This document shows, piece by piece, positions 1 to 12,443 of a stretch of DNA of 64,000 nucleotides. The stretch spans positions 9,548,001 through 9,612,000 of the forward strand of contig NC_135901.1 in NCBI RefSeq assembly GCF_964194155.1, written 5' to 3'. The position numbers were made by a program, and so were the translations under genes. The stretch is from Cetorhinus maximus (lineage: Eukaryota). The notes below the pieces were generated by a model that was given only the letters and a program-made list of their open reading frames with translations, did no database searches and was not told where the DNA came from. The stretch's first letter is position 1, and the number at the start of each line of letters is the position of its first letter.

Positions 1-250
1 TTCTTCGCTCAGAGCATTGTGAACCTTTGGAATTCCCTTCCCTAAAAAATTGTGGATGCTCAGTCGTTGAGTATATTCAAGACTGAGATTGATACGTTTT
101 TGGATATTAAGGGATATGGGGATATGTCGGGTGAGGAAGTGGAGTAAGGTAGAAGATCAGCTACGATCTTATTGAATGGTGGAGCAGGCCCGAGGGGCTG
201 AATATTCTCCTTCTGCTCCATGCTGGCCCCTTCTTGCCTAATAATCTATT
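1..250 (+). mobile_element. CR1-type LINE 3' fragment
   Basis: Reads FFAQSIVNLWNSLP...FKTEIDTFLD, the typical CR1 ORF2 C-terminus, followed by the 3' UTR seen in other CR1 copies in this window. Confidence 0.75.
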
Positions 251-329
251 GTCTGACTGATTAAACTTCGCCATTCAATAAAACCTTAGCAGTGCACTCA
301 GCTGAATTGTACAGTGACACACTAAACTC

Positions 330-1090
330 AGGAGCATCTCGGGGGATGAACAATTTGAACCATTTCTTTAAGTAACATTCGTGAATTGTTAAGTGCCAGG
401 CAATGACAATTGCCAACAAGAGAGAATCTAACCATCTCCCCTTGATGTTCAATGAAATTAGCATCACTGAAACCCCCACTATCAACACCCTGGGAGGTTA
501 CCATTGGCCAGAAACTGAACTGGACGAACCATATAAAATACTATAGCTACAAGAGCTACAGACTGGGAATTCTGAGGTGAGTAACCCACCTACTGACTTC
601 CCAAAGCCTGTCCACCATCTACAAGGCACAAGTCAGGAGTGTGATGAAATACTCTTCACTTGCCTGTATGAGTGTAGCTCCCACAACACACAAGAAGCTC
701 GACACAATCCAGGACAAAGCAGCCCGCTTGATTGGCACCACATCCACAAACATTCACTCCCTCCACCACCGATGCACAGTGGCAGCAGTGTGCCCCATCT
801 ACAAGATGCACTGCAGCAACTCACCAAGGATCCTTTGACAGTACGTCCCAAACCTGCACCGCCACGAAGGACAAGGGCAGCAGATAAATGGGAACACCAC
901 CGGAAGTTCTCCTCCACGTCACATACTATCCTGACTTGGAAGTATATCGCCGTTCCTTCACTATCACTGGAACTCCCTCCCTAACAGCACTGTGGGTGTA
1001 CCTACGCCACAGGGACTGCAGCTGTTCAAGAAGACAGCTCACCGCCACCTTCTCAAGGGGCAATTAGGAATGGGAAATAAATGAAAGAAT
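330..1090 (+). mobile_element. CR1/L2-group LINE 3' fragment (family uncertain)
   Basis: Peptide KKLDTIQDKAARLIG...IHSLHHRCTVAAVCPIYKMHC; tail CAAGGGGCAATTAGGAATGGGAAATAAATG; further copies at 10535-11120, 43590-43740 and 47070-47320. Confidence 0.7.
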
Positions 1091-1499
1091 GAAAAAACAA
1101 TTTTACAACAGGACAAACTATCTTTAAGTTTTAAAAAAAAGTTTTAAATTTTAACCATACCAATTCCTAGCCCTGTGTCAGCATATCTAGAGGATGGGGG
1201 TATTAAATGTCATACATTGATAGAGACAACTAGAAACTCTTTCGAGTCATCAACAGTCACAGATTGCAACCCTTTCGAGTACAATCACAGTTCTTGGTTT
1301 CCGGGAGTGGGTCATGAACCCACAACCCTCTGATTCAAAGGCGAGGGTGCTATGGACTGAGCCACAGCTGACACCTCCTAGAGACAACAAGAAGATGGCC
1401 AGTAATCATTGATCCATCCCAATAATTTCTTAGTTCCACAGGAAGGTGGGTTGCATGGAGCACATCAAAGGTAACAAGCAATTCAGTCGAAGAGAATTA

Positions 1500-2440
1500 G
1501 CTGTTAAATGCCAACTGGAGAAGACAGGGCCTCAGTTTAATGTGTCATCCGAATGTCATCCCTCTGACAGGGCGGCGCTCCCTCAGCACTGACCCTCCGA
1601 CAGGGCGGAGCTCCCTCACCACTGACCCTCCGACAGGGCGGCGCTCCCTCACCACTGACCCTCCGACAGGGCGGATCTCCCTCACCACTGACCCTCCGAC
1701 AGGGCGGCGCTCCCTCACCACTGACCCTCCGACAGGGCGGAGCTCCCTCACCACTGACCCTCCGACAGGGCGGAGCTCCCTCACCACTGACCCTCAGACA
1801 GGGCCGCGCTCCCTCACCACTGACCCTCAGACAGGGCGGCGCTCCCTCACCACTGACCCTCCGACAGGGCGGCGCTCCCTCACCACTGACCCTCCGACAG
1901 GGCGGCGCTCCCTCACCACTGACCCTCCGACAGGGCGGCGCTCCCTCACCACTGACCCTCCGACAGGGCCGCGCTCCCTCAGCACTGACCCTCCGACAGG
2001 GCCGCGCTCCCTCAGTACTCACCCTCCCCACCCCTAACTGTGCACCACACCCTCAGTACATCTTGCCTTCAGTGCTGACCCTCTAAGAGGCATTACTCCC
2101 TCTGTACTGACCTCCACTCCAAAACTGCAGCACTCTCTCAGTACTGACCCTCCAACAATGCAGCGCTCCTCATTTCTGACCCTCTGACAGTGCAGATCAT
2201 CATCAGTGCTGACTCTCTGACAGTGCAGATCATCCTCAGTACTGACTCTCTGACAGTGCAGATCATCCTCAGTACTGACTCTCTGACAGAGCAGCACTCA
2301 GTACTGGCCCTCTGACAGGGCAGCCCATTCTCAATACTGCCACTGAGGAGTGTGAGACTTGATGTTGTGCTCATGTCTTTGGAATGGGACTACAAATCTA
2401 CAACCTTTTGATTCGGGGGCGAGATTGATACCCCTTGCAC
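1500..2440 (-). mobile_element. Deu-domain SINE (SacSINE1-like) with internal minisatellite expansion
   Basis: Minus strand reads a tRNA-like head (~2440-2345), then the CAGTACTGAGGGAG-type Deu-domain start, then ...TTCGGATGACACATTAAACTGAGGCCCTGTC (~1555-1520); homologous to the unexpanded copy at 15075-15455. Confidence 0.7.
1560..2340. repeat. 33-bp GC-rich minisatellite (ACTGACCCTCCGACAGGGCGGCGCTCCCTCACC)n
   Basis: About 14 near-perfect copies from 1560 to 2025 and degenerate copies to ~2340; explains the 11-aa repeat ORFs on both strands. Confidence 0.95.
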
Positions 2441-2819
2441 CCTGACTACTATTTAACTGTCGTGTCCCAAGGGGGTGGCCATTTTAATTGACCATGATCA
2501 TGTCTAAGTGGATGCAACATTTCACAGCTGGTTTCTGAGTCAAGTTAGTCACTTTGGATGCCACTTTGCTTCCATTAACCAATAATTGGCTTAATGTGAT
2601 GGTGGAGATGTTACATAATAAATATTCTGAGAGGTGACAATGAGTCAATGGAAACTGGGCTGCACCTTTTTCAAATTGACATAGGTGCTTCAGTTAAGTA
2701 GTCAGAAGAGATCAATTAGCATTATATAAAAGCTGTGGGAGCAGTTGGCAGAGTTGTATGATTGGGTGGTTAGTGGAGGATATTCATCCAAGTAAGTGGA
2801 TGATGGACCGTCAGTTGAA

Positions 2820-3345
2820 GACAAACAGGAAATGTTGGGAGCAATCAGCAGGCTGGGCACTATCTATGGTGAGAAAGGAGAAACACAAGTAGAGCTAATG
2901 TTTCAGGTTGATGACCTTTTATCAGAACTGAGTAAAGATAGAAATGGAATAGATTTTCAGCAAGTGGAGATGATTGTTTTCAAAATTGAAATGTAAGTGA
3001 TTGAAGGATGAGAGGTTTTATGGTGTGGTGTCAAGGCAATTAGTTTTGGGATAAGTAAAGAAACAAAATGTGTCTATAGGTGTGAATGGCAGAATTTTTA
3101 AGAGCAGCTGTCGTCTGAATGCTTAAAAAAAAAGTAAAAGTGAAACTGGCAAAGGAAACAAAATGGGGGCAGAGATTAATCTGAAATTGTTGAACTTTAA
3201 AGGCTGTAGGCAGTGTCTGATTTGACAGATGAAGTGCTGTTTCTTGGGCTTCACTGGAATAGTGGAGAAGGCTGAGGACAGGTTGGAGTGAGAACAAGGT
3301 AGAGAATTAAAATGGCTGGTAACAGTTTTTGTGAACTATTGAGGG
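2820..3345 (-). mobile_element. Old Penelope-like element fragment
   Basis: Degenerate homology to the pseudo-LTR and GIY-YIG 3' region of the element at 62220-63308 (e.g. TGGGCTTCACTGGAA, TTAAAATGGC). Confidence 0.6.
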
Positions 3346-4129
3346 GAACAATGGATTTTTTCCTCATCTCTTGGTTTTTAGCATGCTTGTTACTTCTGTG
3401 GTGAGTGAGGAACCCAAAGCTCTTGAAGCAATGTTCCATTTTCGTTTTTGGCAATTTGAATTGCTGAGCAGCTCCTTGTCTGTCCTTCCACTAAACAAAT
3501 TAGGGAGGCTCTGATTGTTTCCAGTGAGCTCAGACAGACTTGTCCAAAACCATTAAAGTTTCTTAGTGAATGATTCATGGAATAACATGTCCGAGAGGAA
3601 GATGGCTATTTGTGTTGGTTTATTTGAAAGTGCTACCTTTTTTGCCCTGTAATTGTGACTGGTAGTGCAGAGCCAATCCTCCTTTTAACATGGCTAATGT
3701 TCGTTGGAACTGTTGGCCTCCAGCGTAAACCAGGAAAACTGATTTGAAATTGAGATAGAAATGGTTTGTGGGAGAGGGAAGGTGATGTTGGGTGTCTGTA
3801 ATTGATTTCCAGTCCCTGTTTTTAGCATGATGTAATCTCAGTTGAATAATGCTTTCTTGGTGGCGATATATGTTAAATCTAAATGTGCTAAGCACTGCAG
3901 TGATAGATGTAATCAGGCCATTGAGCAGCTTTGCACAATTAATTTGATTTGAAATGCTATTGATTTTCCTGACAAATAATGATGCTCATTAATTTGAGTT
4001 TCTAGCCTAGAGTTCTGACTGAGTTGTAATGTTACATTATTTTACAATGAAAAATCTGACTTTGTTCTAAATTGGATATTCTGGCTTGTTTTTGAGAATC
4101 ACCCAATCATGTTCCCTAGTACTTAGCTT

Positions 4130-4950
4130 TTAGATGCTGACTGGGATCTTTAAACATATGGAAGTGATTATAATAGGTTTCCACTTGTGGGGGAGACCAG
4201 ATTTAGGGATCATCAATATAAGATTGTCACTAATAAATCCAGTGGGGAATTCAGGAGGAACTTCTTCTCCCAGAGAGTGCGGGAGAATGTGGAACTCACT
4301 CCCACAGGGAGTGGTTGAGGTGAATAGTGTAGATGTATTTATCCATCTTCCCCCTTTAAATACATTTAGGGAAATGGGAATAGAGGTATACTGAGTTCGA
4401 TGGGAGGAGGCTTGACTGGAGCATTACCACTGGTGTGGGCAGGAGGGGTTGTATTAGGTTTCCCTATGTTCCAAAGAAAATATTGATTGATATTCTCTAG
4501 ATTCTCAATGATAACTGGGATGAAGAGCTGTAGCTATAAGGATAAGCTGGGACTCTCTTGGAGAAAATAAGGCTGAGAAGAGACTAAATAAGAGAGATTC
4601 AAGATCCTGAAGGCTATGGACAGGGTAAATAGTGAGAAACTGTTCCCACTCAAGAGAACATCAAGAACGAGAGGGCACAGATTCAAACTTTTTGTGGGAA
4701 AAGCAGTAAATGTGATTTGAGAAAACCTTTGTCACACAGAGGGTGGTTGGAGTCTGAAACGAACTTCCTGAAAGGGTGGTGGAGGCAGGTTCAACCGAGC
4801 TATTCAAAGGGAAATTGGATTGCTCCCTGAAAAGTGTGTGAGGTTACAGGGATAAGGCAGAGGAGTGGGACTAGGCAGAATGCTCTTTCAGAGAGACAGT
4901 GCAGACACAACGGGCCAAGTGTTGTCCTCTTGCACTGTAAAGATACTTTT
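4130..4950 (+). mobile_element. Two degenerate CR1 LINE 3' fragments
   Basis: MWNSLPQGVVEVNS and a second ...GDxIxxFKILK...RTRGH... CR1 C-terminal motif set. Confidence 0.65.
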
Positions 4951-6929
4951 GGCATTGTATCATAGTATTTCTTGGACTGATGTGCAAATCAAAAGGTTGA
5001 ATTTGAGTGGTTTGTTTAGTTCTATGCTGTCAGAATTGACTTCCCCTGGTCAGTGACCCTGATAGCCTGCTTGAGATCTTTTGAAGAAATGATTTACCCG
5101 CACAATAACATAGACAACTGGTCATAGAGGGCCCTGTGCCTTGCTGTTGTCCTCTCTACATCTGAGTAGAAATGGGTTTGGTTGACTTCTTACATATGGG
5201 ACTTGCCTCCATTAGATGTAATTAATCCTGCATTTATTTACACTGACATCCAGCTGAATGCTAGACCATCACGGTTGACCATCTGCAGGCTAAACAGTTT
5301 CTGCATTTGTACAGCACGGGGAGGCCATTCAGCCCACCCTGCGTGTACTGACTCTTATCTGATTAGTTCCGCTCTTGTGGTGTTCCCTGTAGCCTTAAAG
5401 TTACACAAATAGGAATTTTCATTTTAGAATCTGCTGCTGCCATTTCACAACGTTTTTTTTTAAAAAAAAACTTTCTCGTGTTGCTACGGTTTTTTCAGCA
5501 ACCCCCATTTAAAATCAAACTCTGCTGCCATTGAACGGTTTGTGATTATTTTTTTTTTGAGAACCTCAATGTCCTCTTAAGCTTTTCCATTCTCAAAGCA
5601 ATCCCAGCTTCTCCACGTTTTACCTGTACGAGGAAAAGCTGATGATACCATGGACTAGGAACACAGATTTTAGTTAAGAGACGGGGTGTGGGGCGGGGAG
5701 AGGGTGGAGGAGAAGTGTGAAGAACATTTTTATTTTTTAACACTGCGCGTGTGATGCCCGTGGGGGGTGGTGGAAGTGGGGGAATGAATGATTTCATAAG
5801 TGGTGGCATTTTTTTCCCCAAGCCTCAGTTTTGATGTGATCCAATTTTTATTAACCAGTCCACAGCAATCTCGAGAGTAGAATCGGAGGAGTAGTTTATT
5901 TTACACATACGAAGCAAACACGTACCACACCTCCCATCCACTTTTACGTTCATACAAAAGAGGGATAAAGGAAGAAGTACAGGGCAAAGGCCACAGAAAA
6001 TAAAAATTATTTCACTGGAATCCAGAATCAAAGGTCCAATGATGAATTCCTTTCAGAGTCAGCAGCTTGAAGACTAATCCTGGATAATTCACTTTTCCAG
6101 TGCGCAGAACTTCTATGATGAGGTGAATTAGTCTTGTAGGCGCTGGTGCAGTAAGTTCTGGTAGAAACAGTGCAGATGGGGGCTAGGGCCATTTAAACTT
6201 GGACAGAGTCCTGGCTCTGCTGCCACTTGCTCTATGGAAGATAGCAATCTGTTTCGCAGCTCCACAAGGCAGGGTAACTGGTTCTCCCAGCTAGGATGGT
6301 GGGGAAATCATGTGATATGACTCCCACTTCTCCACTTTGGTTCGGACAAAGGATTTATTTATATTCCTTAGTCTGGATTCTTGATGGTTAATGTTTCAAT
6401 CATTAATCATTTCCAAGATGTTTTGGCGTCCTTTGAACTATCAGACTGGTCTTCTCTGTTGGCCAAGCCTTGGCCTTAGAAATGTAATTGGTCTTTGTAC
6501 AATTCCCTTGGATTTGATCTTTGCAGTCACAACAATCATTGGCATCTCTTCAGAGATAACGAGGTGGCAGCTGTTCTGAGTGCCAGGAAGTTACTTTTGT
6601 TTGAGTCAGCCAGCAATGGCTCCAGTCATTTGAAAGCCTTTATCCAGTTTTTTGAAATATGTAATTTAGCCATTTAAGTTTTATAAAAGTAGTGAGATCT
6701 TGGCTACAGGACAGCAGAATATGCAGGACTACAGGGGAATGGCACTAGCTGAATTGCTCAGTTGACAGATCGAATGGCCTCCTTGTGTGACAAATCTTGT
6801 TGTTGTATTTAGCAGACTAGCACGCAAGAGATTAAAATCAGGCATCCATCTATACAAAGTGACCTATCTGTTTCCTCAAGGCCTGAGAAAAAGGTGACTT
6901 CCCTCAGTTGGCATTGAGTTAAATTTTTT

Positions 6930-7180
6930 AATTCATTCATGGGGCGTGGGCGTCAGAATTAACCGCATGTCGGCCAGACCAGGTAAGGACAGCAGCAGAT
7001 TTCCTTCCCGAAAGGGCATTAGTGAACCACATGGGTTCGTGGCCGTCACTAGATTTTTAGTTCCAGATTTTTATGACATTCTAATTCCACCATTTGCCAT
7101 GACAGGATTTGAACCCGGGCCCATACAGCATTGCCCTGTGTCTCTGGATTACTAGTGCCATCCATTATGTGGCACCTCTC
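6930..7180 (-). mobile_element. tRNA-derived SINE
   Basis: GGGTTCAAATCC B-box head on - strand; core TTCCTTCCC...ATTAGTGAACC shared with many copies in the window. Confidence 0.7.
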
Positions 7181-7309
7181 CTCCCACGTGTTGTTTGTGG
7201 GTCTTAGAAACGGAAGGAGGACTCTTGGAGCTCATCGGTGTGTTCATTCTTTGTTCTACGCTGTAGATTAGATTCTAACTATGGTTTATTTTTTTCTCAG
7301 CTTACGAGC

Positions 7310-8479
7310 ATGGATTTTGAAATTGCGTGGATTATAGGAAGATTTTCAGATGCCATGAGCCGTGGCGGGATATCCGAAGTGGCATCTTTAGTGAAAGCTG
7401 AGAGGAGCAGATTGGAAAGTGTGACGGTTCATGTGGCGGTCACCGGGACCCCGAGAGTGGGGAAGTCTGCTTTCATTAATTCGGTCATGGGTTTCAAGGA
7501 TGGCGAAGATGGCGCGGCACCCACCGGCCCCGCCCAACAGGTGACAAAGCCGGCGCCTTACAGCCGGCCGGGGAACCCCAGCTCCGTGTTCTGGGAGCTG
7601 CCTAGCGTTCCGGGACCCGGCCTCTCGTCGGGCAACTACCTGAAGACGGTGGAGGTCGACAAGTACGTCGGCTTCTTCATCCTGTCATCGACGTGGTTCA
7701 CGTGGGAGGTCGCAACCCTTGCCAGCGAGCTCAGGCGGGTTGGCAAGCAGTTCTACCTCATCCGCACCAAGATTGACTTGGGCCCTCCTGGCTACAGGGA
7801 GAAGGAGTTCGTTGAGGACGTCCTGAATGTTTTCACCGCCGGCCACTTTGCAAATCTGAACATTGAATACGCGATTGCTCACTTCTTCTGTGTCTCCTGC
7901 CACCAGGTTGACAGGTTCGACTTTCTGGAGTGCGTCCAGGCTCTGCAGAGAAATTCCTCTCCTCCACTCCAGAAACACGCCCTGCTGCTCTCCCTGCACT
8001 ACCTGGCCAACAAGATGGAGCTGAAGGACTCTCTGAGGGAGTTCATTCCGGTGTCGGCGGTCTACAGCTGCCTCATCGACCCCATCCCGGTCGAGCAGCT
8101 GCCTTACCAGGCCAATGTCCACTTTCTGTACAACGAGATCCGGCTTTACCGCGTCCTGTTAGGGCTGGACTACCCGGCCTTGAGCAAAAGGGCCAAGCTG
8201 ATTCGCCGGCCGACCTTTGTCCTCTCGGATGAGATCCAGACCACGATGGCGAAGATGCTGACGGAGAAGGGCGTCTCGGAGGAGCTGCTGAAGTGGACGA
8301 AGATAAACGTGTCGGTCCCCAACAGCTACGTGAAGTGGATTCCCTTCCTCGAGACCCTGCCTGGAGGGAAGCTGTCTGGGGTTTCCACCATCCGCTTGTT
8401 GGATACCATGCTGCAGAAGTTTACGGACGATGCCTGCCGTGTTCAGAGGAAAATGGAGGATGTACTGAAGGGTGAATAA
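7310..8479 (+). CDS. Immunity-related GTPase (IRG/p47; interferon-inducible GTPase 5/IRGC-like), 389 aa, possibly catalytically degenerate
   Basis: Acceptor TTTTTTTCTCAG ends at 7300; ATG at 7310. VHVAVTGTPRVGKS (G1), GAAPTG (switch I), FWELPS (G3 position), FYLIRTKID (G4), FCVS (G5), and C-terminal YRVLLGLDYPAL typical of IRG helical domains. Long intact ORF; a single coding exon is typical of IRG genes. Confidence 0.9.
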   Translation: MDFEIAWIIGRFSDAMSRGGISEVASLVKAERSRLESVTVHVAVTGTPRVGKSAFINSVMGFKDGEDGAAPTGPAQQVTKPAPYSRPGNPSSVFWELPSVPGPGLSSGNYLKTVEVDKYVGFFILSSTWFTWEVATLASELRRVGKQFYLIRTKIDLGPPGYREKEFVEDVLNVFTAGHFANLNIEYAIAHFFCVSCHQVDRFDFLECVQALQRNSSPPLQKHALLLSLHYLANKMELKDSLREFIPVSAVYSCLIDPIPVEQLPYQANVHFLYNEIRLYRVLLGLDYPALSKRAKLIRRPTFVLSDEIQTTMAKMLTEKGVSEELLKWTKINVSVPNSYVKWIPFLETLPGGKLSGVSTIRLLDTMLQKFTDDACRVQRKMEDVLKGE

Positions 8480-9652
8480 CATTGTTTGAGGCCCAACAAT
8501 CTAATGGTGTTTGGTACACATGAAGGGAGAGGAAAGCTCAACTTCAGTATCAAAGGCCAACATTGGCATCCTCTGGTGGGTGAAGTGGCTTAATTCCCTA
8601 TTTTCCTCCATAGTCTGCAATGTAATCTTGTTGCAGAGGCATTCCATGCTCTGCCAGTCCAAGATTGTTAATGCACAATGCATTCTCTTCAAGTACAAAA
8701 CATAGCCATTTCATCCCAAGACCTTCACCTTCCACAACTAACTAAACGAGATTGGCTTGCAGATGAAATTCTAATTGGCAGTCCACATGGGCATGGGCCA
8801 AAATTGAAGGCTAGGCACTACAAGACTCGTATTTCACTGCAGCTGGTAGCTACCATGCTAGCTGGGTGCGAGGTATCGCCTAAGCACATTACTGCAACCC
8901 TCCAGCTGATGTCAATGCAACATATTGACTGACCCTCTTTGTCTGAATGAGCAACATAACCCAGATGTGTTTTCTTTTGTAAGTTTAAGCTGTATTGTAC
9001 ATCCAAGTGTTGATGCAATATTGGGGATCATTTCTTCTATCCTTCCCATATTAAAAGTAGCAATAGCTCTTGTAGATGTTGTAATAGTAAACACCATCAT
9101 TAAACAGCCAATGACTGTCTTTGGAAGCCCTAGTGTAGATTGAATTGCTGACTCTCCACTTTTAAAGGTGATGGGCGTGATATTTTTGACTTAAACCGGA
9201 GTCCAGTGTGGTTGTCGAGCAACACTTCAATTTTTAAAAAAAAATGAACCTTTGTTTCAAGCACATCAACACTAATTGAGCCCAATATTTTGGCAGAATG
9301 GCTGACTATTGACGGCACAGCTTTGTTTTCCTCTCCTCCCAACAGGAGGAGATTTTAGAGAATTGTCACTGCAGGGGGAATTGGTGGGTGAAAGGCCAGG
9401 ATTCAAAGGAAATGCCAATTGTGTGCAAAAGAAATGGAAGATGTGATTTCTGAGCAATGCAAGTAAACTCACTTTTTTTGTTGAAAATGTAAACAAAGCT
9501 GTTTCTTGTACAGATTACAGCTGAGTGAGTCTCATTTTATTTCACGAAAGGAATGCTATTGGGAGTGTCAAAATTCGCACAACTTAACGTTTCAGTCTAT
9601 TTCCAATTGATAACTGAACTCACTACGGTTATTTGAGAAACTTCAGAATTTG

Positions 9653-9927
9653 AATAAAATTATTAATGTGTACAGTGACTGTTATCTGACTTTGCAAAGT
9701 AGCTTTAGTGAAGGGTTTAACTGCAGTTGACTTAAAATTTTTTTTTAAAAACTTCAACATTTTGTTAACTGCTGCATGTAACCTGTTTGTCATCCACTTT
9801 TTCATTTTCCAGTTCTGTTCCAAAATTTCCTGTAAATACTGTTTTCATAAATGCATGTTTGTATGTGGGTCATCAAAGACTTTTGTATTGGAGCTGTCTG
9901 TCACCCGTGAGGAATTGATTTATTAAA
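9653..9927 (+). terminator. Candidate polyadenylation signals of the IRG gene
   Basis: AATAAA at 9653-9658 and ATTAAA at 9922-9927 end an AT-rich, repeat-free UTR-like stretch. Confidence 0.4.
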
Positions 9928-10184
9928 ATGAATAACTTATGCAATTTATCCTGGAGTCAGCTACCTTGGAATTTGTTTCTCTATGCTAACTGTGTAGTTC
10001 TGTTTCTGTAAAACTGGATTAGGTATACACACGTTCCCAAACCCTGGATAACTTTAAAAGCAATTTTTGTTTTGATTTGCAGCATAGTGAAGCTATTTGG
10101 CCCATGTCTGTGCCAACTGGGATTGGTCCCTAGCCTTGTGGGTTACAGCATGACACGCAGATTTCCAAGTGCACTTTTTGGAGA

Positions 10185-10490
10185 AGTGGTGCCATAGTGG
10201 TATTGTCACCAGGCTGGTATTCCAGAGACCCAGGATAATGCTCTGGGGGCCCTAGGTTCAAATCCCAATGGTGAAATTTGAAGTCAATTTATAAAATAAA
10301 ATAGACCCCATGTCTGACCATTTTTCTTGTTGTAAAATTCCATCCGGTTCACTGACCTTCAGATGTCCTTATCTGACCTACATGTGACTCCAGATCCACA
10401 GCAACGTGGTTGACTCTTAATGTCTGAACAAGGTCAGTTAGGGATGGGCAATAAATGCTGACCAGGCCAGCGATGTCCACATCCAATAAA
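10185..10490 (+). mobile_element. tRNA-derived SINE
   Basis: GTGCCATAGTGG...GGTTCAAATCCC head; tail GGGATGGGCAATAAATGCTG shared with the LINE at 330-1090. Confidence 0.75.
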
Positions 10491-10534
10491 TGTGTATAAG
10501 GTTGCTGCCTGTACCCCATCACATGAATTTCTAA

Positions 10535-11120
10535 AAATTCATTCATGGGATGTGGGCTATGCGGGCTGGGCCAGCATTTATTACCCATCCCTAGTCGCCC
10601 TTGAGGGTGGTAGTGAGCTGCCTCGAACAGCTGCAGTACATGTGGTACAGATACACTCACAGTGCTGTTAGGGAGGGAGTTCCAGGAGTTTGACCCAATG
10701 ACAGTGAAGGAATGGCTGATATATTTCCAACTCGGGATGGTGAGTGACAATGATGGGCACTTCCAGGTGGTAGTATTCCCATGTGTCTGCTGCCCTTGTC
10801 CTTCTAGGTGGTGGTGGTTGTGGGTTTGGAAGGTGCTTTGAAGGGGATTTGGTGAATTCCTGCAGTGCGTCTTGTAGATGGTACATATTGCTGCTACTGT
10901 CAGTGGTGGAGGGAGTGAATGTTTGTGGATGGGGTGCCAATCAAGCGGGGCTGCTTTGTCCTGGATGGTGTCGAGCTTCTTGAGTGTTGTGGGAGCTGCA
11001 CTCATCCAGACAAGTGGAGTTTTCCATCACACTCCTGACTTGTGCTTTGCAGATGGTGGACAAGCTTTGGAGTCAGGATATGAGTTACTTGTCACATGGT
11101 TCCTGGCCATGACCTCTCGT
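10535..11120 (-). mobile_element. CR1/L2-group LINE 3' fragment (same family as 330-1090)
   Basis: ORF peptide SAAPTTLKKLDTIQDKAA...ICTIYKTHCRNSP. Confidence 0.75.
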
Positions 11121-11568
11121 AGCCACAATATTTATATGGATAGTTCCGTTTCTATGCCCATCTAATCCTTCTGCCAATGACATTAAATTTGTCTCCTGGT
11201 TGTTGAAGGACACCAACATTCCCCTTGGTGAGGTCAATCTGTGGGCAATGGTGGGCAGGTAGCAAATGATCCATTCAGAGGGGTGTCTTCACTTGGTGTA
11301 CCTTTCTCTTTGAAGGCCAAGTGACAGGTTCTGTCTCAGGCATTGCACCATGAAGCTGCCAAGTGACATTGGGGATTGTTGCCACTGGCCATTTGTGGCA
11401 TAGCATGCCAACCTAAAAGAATTGACTCCCAGGTGTAATTGTCGATGGTTAGGGCCTTCGTGTCATGGCTACAATTATCCCTGAACCATTGCTTTTGTTG
11501 TCCACTAGTAATTTGGGTCCATGTACCTTGCTACACGGAAGGTCCTTGGGAGTGTGGCCATCTTCCAT

Positions 11569-12443
11569 TGTTATAACCACAGCCGGTGTTAATTGCTGAG
11601 CAAACCAAATCTCAGGGAAACTTGTCTTATGGACTATACCCTTTGTTTTGTATTCTGAAAACAAGGCGATGTACCGATCTTAGTAAGAAGTCCAGTAATG
11701 CTTTTACTTTTATTTCTTAAAATCCCAAAAGTTTTATTAGCAACAATAAAAGGAAACGTAAACACACAAGATTAGTTACACCATTAATGTTAGTTTTTTA
11801 AAAAACATTCCCCAAAAAAAGGAAAATCCTACTTGGTCAATCCTACAAGTAAACACCTCCCAGGCAACAGTCCCTTTATAGATGGTTAACTATAAAATCC
11901 AGTAATATTACACAAGGCGAAGTGTTGTAGCTTTAATAAAGGCATAGCACATGACCGCTAACCTCTTCCACTCTACGTTGGAATCCACTTCCGAATAAAA
12001 CTGCTTGTTGCAGCCCAGGACTTTTCTGTTGACTGAATGGCCGGTTCAAATGGCAAGCTCTCCGGGCCCAGAGCTCCAGCTATCTCTAATCCTAAACTCT
12101 TTCCCCTTCCATCCCAGTTCCACTGTTCTCACACCTTTGAAACTCAAATCCTTCCACATATAAAATCTTTGTATTTTTCTGTCTTGTCTTTGCTTTTTGG
12201 GTCAATAAAATATCGTCACCCCACTACTCTACCTATGGAACTCCCTGCGAAATGTAAAGATGTTTTTTGGTACCTCTGACTCCCCTTTGACATTCAAACA
12301 AACTCTCAACTTCTCTAAAAATGCAAATTTTAGATCTAACCTAGTTACTTGTACCTCAAGCTTAACACCCCTATCCTTTACATCTTTCAAAACCTAGAGA
12401 CAACCTGACTCCAATTAATCTCCTGCACGCGCAAGTATCAACA
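11569..12443. mobile_element. Possible solo LTR
   Basis: TGTTAT...ATCAACA termini, near-TSD CCAT/CAAT, AATAAA on - strand, no coding signal. Confidence 0.3.

Noticed and set aside
1537-2037. 165-aa repeat-protein ORFs on both strands, or a CRISPR-like array
   Set aside because: Head-to-tail 33-bp units without unique spacers; the open frames follow from a stop-free unit of length divisible by three inside a SINE.
7238-7309. N-terminal extension of the IRG ORF
   Set aside because: Starts at GTG and crosses a polypyrimidine tract and AG acceptor, so it is probably intronic.
7685-8482. Antisense and alternative-frame ORFs over the IRG gene
   Set aside because: Expected shadow ORFs of a GC3-rich coding exon.
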